Of a stretch of DNA of 64,000 bases, positions 8,931-18,498 are shown one piece after another. The notes below the pieces were generated by a model. That model was given only the letters and a program-made list of their open reading frames with translations. It ran no database searches and was not told the DNA's origin. Position 1 is the stretch's first letter. Each line of letters opens with the position of its first letter. Source of the stretch: Clostridia bacterium (GTDB lineage Bacteria; Bacillota; Clostridia; RGIG7378); NCBI GenBank assembly GCA_045588325.1, contig JAZNEA010000104.1, forward strand, positions 1,560 through 65,559, written 5' to 3'. The translations under genes and the position numbers were made by a program.

Positions 8931-11773
8931 TGACCTGTGTAGGAGTTTGGCACCTTGGAGACCTGCTCCGGCGTACCCTGGGCAATGACTGTGCCGCCCA
9001 TGTCTCCACCCTCTGGGCCCATGTCGATTATATAATCAGCGCACTTGATAACATCCAGGTTGTGCTCAATTACCACAACTGTATTGCCTGCATCTGCCAG
9101 CCTCTGCAGGATCTCAATGAGTCTCTTGACATCGTCCATATGCAAACCCGTAGTGGGCTCGTCCAGAATATATAACGTCTTGCCCGTGCTGCGCTTGGAA
9201 AGCTCAGTAGCTAATTTGACTCGCTGGGCCTCTCCTCCTGACAACGTGGTGGCAGGCTGTCCTAACCTGATATATCCAAGGCCTACATCATATAGCGCCT
9301 TAATCTTGCGATGGAGGGAAGGAATAGCCTTAAAAAATGACATCGCCTCATCCACCGTCATATCCAGAATCTCTGAAATATTCTTGCCCTTGTAACGAAC
9401 ATTCAGTGTCTCTCTGTTATACCTCTTGCCCCGGCACACTTCACATGGGACGTATACATCTGACAGGAAGTTCATCTCGATTTTGATGATACCGCCTCCC
9501 TGGCAGGCCTCACAACGGCCGCCCTTGATATTAAAGCTGAATCTGCCCGCACTATACCCCTGCATTTTGGCATCCGGTGTGGCAGCAAACAACTCGCGGA
9601 TCATGTCGAACATACCTGTGTAGGTGGCAGGGTTGGACCTGGGTGTGCGTCCAATGGGGGTCTGGTCAATATCTATAACCTTATCCAGGTGCTCAATGCC
9701 TGTAATACTGGTACACTTGCCTCCTCTGACCCTGGCCTTGTTAAGGTCGTGGAGCAGTCGCTTGCACAAAACCTCGTTAATAAGGGAACTCTTACCTGAT
9801 CCAGAAACACCTGTAACGCAGGTAAACACGCCCAATGGAATGTCTACATCCACGGACTTTAAGTTATTCTCGCTGGCCCCCTCTATGTGTAACCATTTGC
9901 CATCACTGGTCCTCCTGACCACTGGTGTTGGGATTGCCAGTTCACCACTCAAATATCTGCCCGTCAGAGAATCTGGGTTGGTCATCAGCTCCTGTGCCGT
10001 GCCCTGAGCAACGATGGTGCCACCGTTCTCTCCTGCCCCAGGTCCCACATCCACAATGTGGTCTGCCGTCAGCATCGTCTCCTCATCATGTTCTACAACA
10101 ATAAGGGAATTGCCCAAATCTCTCAACTGTTCCAAAGTCTTTAGCAACTTGGCATTATCCCTCTGGTGCAAACCAATGGATGGCTCATCCAGTATATATA
10201 GTACTCCCATAAGTCCTGATCCTATCTGGGTGGCAAGACGAATACGCTGCGCTTCTCCTCCCGACAGCGTGGACGCACTGCGTGACAATGTGAGATACCC
10301 AAGTCCTACGTTGTGGAGAAAGTCCAATCTGGCCCTGATCTCCTTAAGGATCTTGTCTGCAATCATCTGCTCTCTCTCAGAAATCTGACAATTGGCGAAG
10401 AATTCTCTGGCATCCACAACAGCCATCTGGCTGACCTCATGGATATTCTTTCCACAGAACTTGACTGACAAAGTCTCTGGTTTATACCTGGTGGCATGGC
10501 ACACAGGACAATCATGTGTGCTCATGTAGCCCTCGTAGTACTTTTTCATTGACTCGGACTCGGTATTATTATACCTACGCCACATGCCATTTATTACGCC
10601 CTCAAAAGACATGTAGTATTTGTTGCCATTAGGCATCACAATCTGGAATTTTTCCCTATTTGTGCCAAAGAGGATTACATTCAGAGCCTTCTGGTGAAGT
10701 TCCCTGACTGGCACATCCACGCTGAACCCATATGCCCTGGCCAAGCCTGTGAACACCTGGGCAATCCAGCCCTCCTCCTTTTCCGTGTTCCATCCGGACA
10801 CAGCAATGGCGCCCTCGCGAATGGTCAAATCCTTATTGGGAATAACGAGATCCGGATCAATTTGAGAAATGGCGCCCAAACCGCTACAGTGAGGGCAGGC
10901 ACCCTGAGGAGCGTTAAAGGAGAACATGCGTGGCTCCAACTCCTCTAAGCTAATACCGCAATCCGGACATGCAAAATTGAGGCTCATGGTGTCCTCGTGG
11001 GATCCAACATAGTCCACGATAACCAGACCATCTGCCAACTTGAGACACTGCTCCAGGGAGTCGGCCAATCTGCGTCGAATGCTGTCCTTGACCACCAATC
11101 TATCTACAACCACCTCTATGCTGTGCTTTTTGTTCCTGTCTAGCTGGATGTCATCCTCCATGTCGTAAACCTGGCCATCCACTCTGACTCGAACATATCC
11201 CTGCTGCTTAAACTCGGCGATCATCTTGATGTACTCGCCCTTGCGGCTCCTGACAACAGGCGCCAGCAGCTGGATCCTGGTGCCCTCTGGCATTGACATA
11301 ACCTTGTCCACCATCTGGTCCACCGTCTGCTGCAGTATAGGCTTGCCACACTTGGGGCAATGAGGGTGACCCACTCTGGCGAAAAGCAATCGCAAATAGT
11401 CGTGAATCTCGGTAACCGTACCTACTGTGGAGCGGGGATTACGAGACGTGGTCTTCTGGTCAATGGAAATAGCGGGAGATAGTCCGCCAATATAGTCCAC
11501 ATCCGGCTTGTCCATCTGGCCCAGGAACTGCCTGGCATAACTGGATAGAGACTCCATGTATCTCCTCTGTCCCTCTGCATATATGGTGTCAAAGGCAAGG
11601 GAAGTTTTGCCACTGCCTGATAGGCCAGTGAACACCACCAGCTTATCCCTGGGGATCTTGAGATTAATATCCTTAAGGTTATTCTCTCTGGCTCCACGGA
11701 TTACAATATACTCCTTGTCCGAGGCAGGAGCGGTATTGTTCATCTCATTTTCTACAAAATCCTGGAATTTCAT
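8897..11773 (-). CDS. uvrA: Excinuclease ABC subunit A
   Basis: 958 aa with tandem ABC ATPase modules and zinc-finger Cys clusters (…HPHCPKCG…). ATGA overlap with the uvrB stop. Confidence 0.95.
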   Translation of the reverse strand: MKFQDFVENEMNNTAPASDKEYIVIRGARENNLKDINLKIPRDKLVVFTGLSGSGKTSLAFDTIYAEGQRRYMESLSSYARQFLGQMDKPDVDYIGGLSPAISIDQKTTSRNPRSTVGTVTEIHDYLRLLFARVGHPHCPKCGKPILQQTVDQMVDKVMSMPEGTRIQLLAPVVRSRKGEYIKMIAEFKQQGYVRVRVDGQVYDMEDDIQLDRNKKHSIEVVVDRLVVKDSIRRRLADSLEQCLKLADGLVIVDYVGSHEDTMSLNFACPDCGISLEELEPRMFSFNAPQGACPHCSGLGAISQIDPDLVIPNKDLTIREGAIAVSGWNTEKEEGWIAQVFTGLARAYGFSVDVPVRELHQKALNVILFGTNREKFQIVMPNGNKYYMSFEGVINGMWRRYNNTESESMKKYYEGYMSTHDCPVCHATRYKPETLSVKFCGKNIHEVSQMAVVDAREFFANCQISEREQMIADKILKEIRARLDFLHNVGLGYLTLSRSASTLSGGEAQRIRLATQIGSGLMGVLYILDEPSIGLHQRDNAKLLKTLEQLRDLGNSLIVVEHDEETMLTADHIVDVGPGAGENGGTIVAQGTAQELMTNPDSLTGRYLSGELAIPTPVVRRTSDGKWLHIEGASENNLKSVDVDIPLGVFTCVTGVSGSGKSSLINEVLCKRLLHDLNKARVRGGKCTSITGIEHLDKVIDIDQTPIGRTPRSNPATYTGMFDMIRELFAATPDAKMQGYSAGRFSFNIKGGRCEACQGGGIIKIEMNFLSDVYVPCEVCRGKRYNRETLNVRYKGKNISEILDMTVDEAMSFFKAIPSLHRKIKALYDVGLGYIRLGQPATTLSGGEAQRVKLATELSKRSTGKTLYILDEPTTGLHMDDVKRLIEILQRLADAGNTVVVIEHNLDVIKCADYIIDMGPEGGDMGGTVIAQGTPEQVSKVPNSYTGQYLAKALSKGV

Positions 11774-13791
11774 CTTGTCTTAGTCCCCTTTGATCCTATG
11801 GTGACATCCTGAATCTCGGCCTTGAGCTCGTAGATCCTGTCTCTAATCATGGCAGCAGCCTCATATCTCTCCTCAGCTGCAGCGGCCTTCATCTCTATAG
11901 TAAGCTGTGCAATCATGTCTTCTAAAGTCTTAATATCAGGCAAGCCGACAAATTCGCCTGTCTCCTGGTCCACATCTGCAATCTTGGTGGTCTCAATAAT
12001 GGTCTTAACCGCCTTAGTAACGCTGGTAGGAGTAATGCCGTGGTCAATATTGTACTGCTGTTGAATCTGTCTCCTGCGGTTGGTCTCGTCGATAGCCCTC
12101 CTCATTGAGTCGGTAATCGTGTCTGCATACATAACAACTCTACCCGCCACATTACGGGCTGCTCTGCCTATGGTCTGAACAAGACTGGTCTCGCTGCGAA
12201 GGAACCCCTCCTTATCTGCATCGAGTATGGCTACCAATCCAACCTCGGGAATGTCCAGGCCCTCTCTCAATAGATTAATACCCACCAAAACGTCGAACTC
12301 GCCCTTGCGCAGGTCCTGGATGATCTCTGTCCTCTCTATGGTCACAATGTCACTATGCAAATATCTGACGCGTACACCCATTTTGTCCAGGTAGTCTGTC
12401 AAATCCTCGGCCATCTTTTTGGTAAGCGTGGTAACCAGCACCCTATGGCCCTGGCCTGTCACTATACCGATCTCATCCAGCAGGTCATCTACCTGTCCGG
12501 TAACAGGTCTGACTATTACCTCCGGGTCAATAAGTCCCGTAGGACGAATAAGCTGCTGAACCTCCTGGGTGGAATGCTCACGCTCAAACTTGGATGGCGT
12601 GGCGCTGACGCAAATCATCTGGGGAACTCTGCCCAAAAACTCATCGAACTTAAGGGGGCGGTTATCATAGGCGGAGGGTAATCTCCATCCATATGTGACC
12701 AAATTGTCCTTACGAGCCCGGTCACCATTATACATAGCTCCCACCTGAGGAATGGTAACGTGAGACTCATCCACGAACATAATAAAATCCTCTGGCATAA
12801 AGTCCAAAAGAGTATATGGTGGAGATCCAGGCTCTCGTCCGGATAAGTGACGAGAGTAGTTCTCAATACCCTTACAGGAGCCTGTCTCTGTAAGCATCTC
12901 CATATCGTTAAGGGTACGCTCCTCTATCCTCTGCGCCTCCACATATCTGCCTCGGTCCTTAAAATCCCTGGCACACTCCTCCATCTCAGAAACGATGCCT
13001 GCTATAGCTGACTGCATCTTGGATCGCATAACTGCGTGATGGGACGCGGGAGTAATACCGACGTGACTCCTGGTGGCAATAACCTCTCCTGTGATGCTGT
13101 TAATCTCTCTGATCCTGTCTATCCCGTCCCCAAAAAACTCCACTCGGATAATAGTACCGGATGAATATGACGGAAATATCTCCAGAGTATCGCCCTTAAC
13201 TCCAAAGGTACCTCTGAGCCTTGTGAAATCGTTGCGCTGGAACTGCATGTCCACCAGGGCCTGCATAACGTCATCCATGGAGCGCTCCATGCCAGGTCTC
13301 AGCGACAACATGAGCTCCTTGTAATCCTCTGGATCGCCCAGGCCGTATATGCAGCTGACAGACGAAACGATAATAACATCCTTGCGCTCAAACAATGCTG
13401 TGGTGGCGGAGTGCCTGAGTCTGTCTATCTCATCGTTGACGTCGCAGTCCTTCTCTATATACAGGTCGGACATCGGCAGATAGGACTCCGGCTGGTAATA
13501 ATCATAATAGGACACAAAATACTCAACTGCGTTGTCCGGGAAGAAATCTCTGAACTCTGAGCAGAGCTGGGCTGCCAGTGTCTTGTTATGGGCCAGAACC
13601 AACGTGGGGCGCTGAACCCGCTGGATAACATTGGCCATGGTGTAGGTCTTGCCTGATCCGGTGACGCCCTTAAGTGTCTGGTAGCGATCTCCTCTGAGGA
13701 TGCCCTGAGATAAGCGCTCAATAGCCTCTGGCTGATCGCCAGTAGGCTTGTATTCTGAATGTAATTCAAAGCGTTTCTGTGTTTCTTGCAT
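11770..13791 (-). CDS. uvrB: Excinuclease ABC subunit B
   Basis: [24 protein letters not shown]… helicase motifs. The ORF track begins 15 nt earlier at a TTG; the ATG at 13791 has GGTGG/GAGGG upstream and matches typical UvrB N-termini. Confidence 0.93.
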   Translation of the reverse strand: MQETQKRFELHSEYKPTGDQPEAIERLSQGILRGDRYQTLKGVTGSGKTYTMANVIQRVQRPTLVLAHNKTLAAQLCSEFRDFFPDNAVEYFVSYYDYYQPESYLPMSDLYIEKDCDVNDEIDRLRHSATTALFERKDVIIVSSVSCIYGLGDPEDYKELMLSLRPGMERSMDDVMQALVDMQFQRNDFTRLRGTFGVKGDTLEIFPSYSSGTIIRVEFFGDGIDRIREINSITGEVIATRSHVGITPASHHAVMRSKMQSAIAGIVSEMEECARDFKDRGRYVEAQRIEERTLNDMEMLTETGSCKGIENYSRHLSGREPGSPPYTLLDFMPEDFIMFVDESHVTIPQVGAMYNGDRARKDNLVTYGWRLPSAYDNRPLKFDEFLGRVPQMICVSATPSKFEREHSTQEVQQLIRPTGLIDPEVIVRPVTGQVDDLLDEIGIVTGQGHRVLVTTLTKKMAEDLTDYLDKMGVRVRYLHSDIVTIERTEIIQDLRKGEFDVLVGINLLREGLDIPEVGLVAILDADKEGFLRSETSLVQTIGRAARNVAGRVVMYADTITDSMRRAIDETNRRRQIQQQYNIDHGITPTSVTKAVKTIIETTKIADVDQETGEFVGLPDIKTLEDMIAQLTIEMKAAAAEERYEAAAMIRDRIYELKAEIQDVTIGSKGTKTR

Positions 13792-13868
13792 ATCCCTCGC
13801 CACCAAAATCCATAGCAGCTAACATCGCTGCGGATATATATAATATTAGTTCTTATTCCTTATTTGTT

Positions 13869-14135
13869 TTACAATCTTATCAAAATCAGCCCCTGTAACT
13901 CACGAAAATAATCTTTCCAAAACAAAGTCATACCTTGCTTAAGACGATTATCATCCATAGCAAAACCTTTTCGCATATACTCTTTTAGTACATTTGTTGC
14001 CCATATGCGAAATTGAGTTGCCTGTTTAGAATTAACTCTATATCCTGCAGAGATAATTGTATCTAAATTGTAATAATTTGTTGGAGAATTTTGTATCTTT
14101 CCTGGAGTTGCACCATGTGGAGTGACTATTTCCAT
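13869..14135 (-). pseudogene. Remnant of a RhuM-family (virulence-associated) gene; only the central ~80 aa conserved block remains
   Basis: NYYNLDTIISAGYRVNSKQATQFRIWATNVLKEYMRKGFAMDDNRLKQ matches the conserved RhuM core. Intact RhuM proteins are about 330 aa; here the ORF is 88 aa in an AT-rich, otherwise non-coding stretch. Confidence 0.5.
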
Positions 14136-14353
14136 TTTGCTTTGTTATATCCACAATAGCATTCTTCCTTTTTTATAGAATATCATCCTCTCAACGCATC
14201 GGTTGAACATTTGTTCTATTGTATCATTCATTATATATTGCGTAAATACTAATCTAAAGTATTCCCTAAAATTAGTCAAAGATTTTCAGGCCAAATATTC
14301 AAAGAGGGATGGATTTCTCCACCCCTCAAATAAACATATTCTACCTAAAAATA

Positions 14354-15610
14354 TTACTCCACGTCCATCATGGTACCCATAAAAAACGGAACATTGTTCT
14401 CACAATCAATCAACATATACACAAACGGCTTGTCAAGATACACTTCCTTAATATCCTCCGGTGGCATTGCACTACCACAATCCATCTGGACAACAGTCAC
14501 AGCACCGGCCTTAGTACCCTGTTCTCCCACGGAAATAAAGGTCTTATGGAGAACACTGCCTATATAGATATTCATTTCCTCACGTGTGCCAAGGTTACTA
14601 AAATCTGCGTCAAACGCGTTAAAAGCATCTGACATGCCCATCTCCTGTAGAATTTTAGACATCTCCACATCGTATTTTGTCTCAAACTTGGGAATAGAAT
14701 GATTAACCGTTATGTACTGAGGATTTGATAGTAAGTCGTTTAAGGTTTTGCTGTCAAGTGCTGCAACATACTCCGCCACACTTACTCCCTCATTAGGAAG
14801 CATTGCCACAAAGGCATATTTGCCGCCTTCATAATACTTCATAAAGCCAGTTGCCTTTTCATCTTCCAGATAGATGTTGTCTGATCCATACATAAAATCT
14901 ACAGTCTGCTTGGATCCGTTCTCCTTAGTAAAATCTCCACTTTTAACCTGATACTTCTCGTAAGGCTCTGACCATTCTGCTTCAAAGGCCAAGGCATTAA
15001 TGAGATACATGATTGCCTCATCGGGAATCTGCTTAATAATCTCAGGGATCATGCCATCGGTCTTCTCTTTTACCCAATTGTTAATATCTTTGCAGGTCTG
15101 GTTGTTAAATGGTGCCTTATAAACATCTGCGCCATAGTAATCTGCGTTAGTCTGTAGGAAGTCCTGATACACTGCAAAATCCTGGTCCTCGGTAAACCAA
15201 ATGGAATTAGCAAGGCTAAGCTTATACTTGTCTCCCTGAGGAAGATTTCGCATATAACTATAGAGATATAAATTTAACTCCTCTGTGCTCATCCCTAAGA
15301 CAGCTTCCATCTGTGCTAAAGTCTGACCCTCTGCACCATTTGCCGTCATTGCCAAAGCGCATAGCACGGACAAGGGGGAAATCAACGAATTTCTGTCGTC
15401 TTCGATACTTTCCTTAAATAATCGGACTGCAAAGTCTGTTACAATAGCATTTTTGTCTCCATGGTCTTCCAAAGCAACGACCTGTCTCGGAGTAATATCC
15501 TCCATCAAATCCTTTACGTGAGTTACCGTGCCACAGCCTGTTAGATTTAATGTCATTGCACATAACAACAACACACTAACTATAATCAAACCTAAACGAT
15601 CCTTTTTCAT
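14354..15610 (-). CDS. Serpin-family serine protease inhibitor, lipoprotein (signal peptide with LTGC lipobox)
   Basis: 418 aa with serpin-length architecture and a reactive-centre-loop-like GTKAGAVTVVQMDCGSAMPPED near the C-terminus. N-terminal MKKDRLGLIIVSVLLLCAMTLNLTGCG. Confidence 0.8.
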   Translation of the reverse strand: MKKDRLGLIIVSVLLLCAMTLNLTGCGTVTHVKDLMEDITPRQVVALEDHGDKNAIVTDFAVRLFKESIEDDRNSLISPLSVLCALAMTANGAEGQTLAQMEAVLGMSTEELNLYLYSYMRNLPQGDKYKLSLANSIWFTEDQDFAVYQDFLQTNADYYGADVYKAPFNNQTCKDINNWVKEKTDGMIPEIIKQIPDEAIMYLINALAFEAEWSEPYEKYQVKSGDFTKENGSKQTVDFMYGSDNIYLEDEKATGFMKYYEGGKYAFVAMLPNEGVSVAEYVAALDSKTLNDLLSNPQYITVNHSIPKFETKYDVEMSKILQEMGMSDAFNAFDADFSNLGTREEMNIYIGSVLHKTFISVGEQGTKAGAVTVVQMDCGSAMPPEDIKEVYLDKPFVYMLIDCENNVPFFMGTMMDVE

Positions 15611-15624
15611 TATATTACCTCCTC

Positions 15625-16353
15625 TCAGTCATATAAAAACTCATATTCCGGAAGTGCTTTCCATTCCTCTGTTGAAGTTAGAATCTCTACAATTCCTTTG
15701 CATACGTCAAGGAATTTTTGCCCCTTAGCGTCGTCGGAAGCATAGGACAGGGCTATATCCTCTGCTCGAACAGTCTTTTCAAAAGTCTCCGTCTTGACAG
15801 TTAGTACCAAAGTCATGGATGGATTAGAAAACATTTTGCCCTCCTGAGGATCATATTCATCGGGATATGTCTCAATATCCAACTCTCGGATAAGCTCCCA
15901 AATTCTACACTTTTGGCTGTCTGACAAGTAAAGCGTTGTAACATAATCCTCCGGGCTGGTGGCATCTGTGGTTTTTACGAGCTTGCCAGTGGTGCTGTCG
16001 TAGGAGCTAATTCCGAAGACATTCCATGTAATAGAGAAGCTACCGCTAAACTCACCTACGTCTATGCTGTCCTTGCCATCTGAATCTGCATCTCCGCCCG
16101 GGTCAACGATTTCTCCTACCTCTGTGGATTCACCTGTTGTGCTGCCGTTTGTACCTGTCGCTCCGTCTAACGCATTGCCTGCGCTATCATTTCCTGCTGG
16201 ATCACCCGGAAACATTGTTATTACAAGTCCAAGCATCACCAGGCAAAATGGTATACACATGGTCAGGATTCGAATGCGATTTCGGTTGTATTCTTTTATT
16301 CTGTCTCTGCTGCGGCGAAACACTTCCGCCCTTCTTTCTTCAAAACTCCTCAT
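15625..16353 (-). CDS. Putative anti-sigma factor (single-pass membrane protein, Gly/Asp/Thr-rich extracytoplasmic domain)
   Basis: Short basic cytoplasmic N-terminus, one TM helix (ILTMCIPFCLVMLGLVITMF), 4-bp overlap with the upstream ECF sigma gene. Confidence 0.55.
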   Translation of the reverse strand: MRSFEERRAEVFRRSRDRIKEYNRNRIRILTMCIPFCLVMLGLVITMFPGDPAGNDSAGNALDGATGTNGSTTGESTEVGEIVDPGGDADSDGKDSIDVGEFSGSFSITWNVFGISSYDSTTGKLVKTTDATSPEDYVTTLYLSDSQKCRIWELIRELDIETYPDEYDPQEGKMFSNPSMTLVLTVKTETFEKTVRAEDIALSYASDDAKGQKFLDVCKGIVEILTSTEEWKALPEYEFLYD

Positions 16354-16901
16354 AACATCTGCTCACCATCCTTTCCTAGAATGATTCGAAGCTCCTTTTT
16401 CGCACGATACAGAAGATTGTCGACCTGCTTTCGATTCTTTTTCATAACCTTGGCAGCCTCATCGTAAGACAAATCTTCGATATAAACCAAGTGAATGACA
16501 ACACGCATATCCTCCGGTAGTGAAGCAAGAGCACTGTTTATCGCTCTCTTTCGCTGGTCCACAAGAAGAATTTCCTCCATTGCCTCCTGCTGGGACAAGG
16601 CATTCTCTGATTCGCTAAGCTCCACAAAATCAATGACCTTGCGATGCTTTATATAATTTAAGGCACGGCTACGTCCTATCATAAACAAATAGGTTTTCAA
16701 GGTCACCTTAAAGTTGTACCGATGTTTATTAACTATGAGATCCGAAAAAACATCTATAGCAATATCCTCGGCTGCGTAAATATCATGCACATAACGGTCA
16801 ATGAAGAACACTAGATTATCGAACAACTCCTTCATTATTTCGTCAAAGGCACTCTCATCACCATCAAGAAAACGGCGGTAGCTACTTGCACCGTTATCCA
16901 T
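16350..16901 (-). CDS. ECF-type RNA polymerase sigma-70 family factor
   Basis: 183 aa with region 2 (…DLIVNKHRYNF…YLFMIGRSRALNYIKHRK) and region 4 HTH (EDLSYDEAAKVMKKNRKQVDNLLYRAKKELR). Confidence 0.8.
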   Translation of the reverse strand: MDNGASSYRRFLDGDESAFDEIMKELFDNLVFFIDRYVHDIYAAEDIAIDVFSDLIVNKHRYNFKVTLKTYLFMIGRSRALNYIKHRKVIDFVELSESENALSQQEAMEEILLVDQRKRAINSALASLPEDMRVVIHLVYIEDLSYDEAAKVMKKNRKQVDNLLYRAKKELRIILGKDGEQML

Positions 16902-17381
16902 AGACCCCTCCTAATCCGGGTCATGTCTGACCACTTCATCCCTTATACAACTGAAACATAATAATTCCTTATGAAACGATAAATATCTTCATTTTTATTT
17001 TAACATTAAGTACCTTTAAATGGCACTGTTTGCCCCCCATACAAAATAGGGCAAGATTCAAATCCTACCCTAATTATCTTTATTTATCTTGTTTTATTTT
17101 TTGCTTCTTTCCATTCAGATAGTAGCCAACCAAACGCTATCAGATAGGATATTCCCTGCAAAAGCATGCCGTTATATTCAATTATACGTTGTTCTCTAAT
17201 TGTTTTGAGATAGCAAATCCATTTCTTTTATAGAATTTGTCTTCATCGTCAAACTCATAAATCGTGTAAAAGCTGAATGGCTCTCTCATTTCATTTTCTC
17301 CTTATTTAAAAAGTGCCACATAATCTTATATTCAGGTTCAGCTACAATCGACACCTATGTGCCGACGACAGCTCTCAGCAA

Positions 17382-18494
17382 TTATAAACACATGCAAAAT
17401 GCCAATAATATTCCCAGGAAAATAAAGTTGATCAGCAGGAAAAGCAATACATATCTCCCCCTGGTCGCCGGGAAGTGGTGACCATAATGTCTGAACGTGA
17501 TCAGGGATGCCAGAGAAGAAATCAGTGTACCTACACCGCCAATGTTTACTCCCCACAATAGCTCCCTATAGTTATCGGTGAACTGGGAAAGTAAAATGGC
17601 AGATGGCACATTGCTGATAAACTGGCAGGAAATCGTACTATATAACAGCGTGTTTTGCTCCATGAGGCCAGACATAAGTTCTCTGACCACGCCTATCCTG
17701 GACATGTTTCCAGCGAAAATAAAAAACGCCACAAAGGTTAGCAACAGCGGATAATCCACCATCCCAAGGGCCTTCTTGTCAAGCATGTATATAACTATGG
17801 GAATCAGAATCAATCCCACCATATACGGGACAAACCTAAAGACGATAGCAATAGCCAAAACCATTAGCACCAAATACACAATGGTGCGCTTGCGCACAAC
17901 CTGTGGCTCTGCTGGTGGTAGCGTCAGCGGTTCGTTCTTAATAAAGAAGCAGCAAATGCCTAACATCACCATAGAAAGCACAAAGGGTGCCCACATAATC
18001 TGCACAAATTCCCTATTGGAGATATTGTAGTGGCTATAAATATATAGGTTCTGAGGATTGCCAAAGGGGGTAAGCATGCCTCCCAAATTGGCCGCAATGT
18101 TCTGCAAAATGAAGGTCAAAGCCGCATACTTTGTCATGCCAGTGGTACTGAGGATAAAATACCCCAAAGGCAGGAATGTCAGTAAGGCCATGTCATTAGC
18201 AATGAGCATCGATCCAGCAAATGTAATAACAAGCAGGGCCATGACACACTTGCGGGCAGTGTTAAACCCAGTAACTATTCTCCTGGCCAATATGTAGAAG
18301 AAGTTGACGTTTTTGAGGGCGCACACAACTGCAAGCACACAAAACAGACAGGTCAATGTCCTAAAATCTATGTAGTCCAAATACTGTCTGTCAGGCTTTA
18401 CAAATATGGTAGTAATTGCCGCTGCCAAGGTGGCAATGGCAAAAACAGGATTCTTGCGGACAAATGTCCAGGTTAGTTTAAGCGCATCACGCAT
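17382..18494 (-). CDS. ArsB/NhaD-superfamily anion permease
   Basis: 370 aa, about 10-12 predicted TM helices, with the characteristic GNPQNL motif. Confidence 0.65.
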   Translation of the reverse strand: MRDALKLTWTFVRKNPVFAIATLAAAITTIFVKPDRQYLDYIDFRTLTCLFCVLAVVCALKNVNFFYILARRIVTGFNTARKCVMALLVITFAGSMLIANDMALLTFLPLGYFILSTTGMTKYAALTFILQNIAANLGGMLTPFGNPQNLYIYSHYNISNREFVQIMWAPFVLSMVMLGICCFFIKNEPLTLPPAEPQVVRKRTIVYLVLMVLAIAIVFRFVPYMVGLILIPIVIYMLDKKALGMVDYPLLLTFVAFFIFAGNMSRIGVVRELMSGLMEQNTLLYSTISCQFISNVPSAILLSQFTDNYRELLWGVNIGGVGTLISSLASLITFRHYGHHFPATRGRYVLLFLLINFIFLGILLAFCMCL

Positions 18495-18498
18495 TAAA

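Noticed and set aside
8889-8935. CtsR operator upstream of clpE
   Set aside because: GGTCAGTATCTTGCAAA matches the GGTCAAAnAnGGTCAAA consensus at only about 11 of 17 positions, too weak to call without a search.
13807-13868. LexA/Cheo box (GAAC-N4-GTTC) in the uvrB promoter region
   Set aside because: No GAACnnnnGTTC-type site was visible by eye in the 60 bp upstream of uvrB. Not reported.
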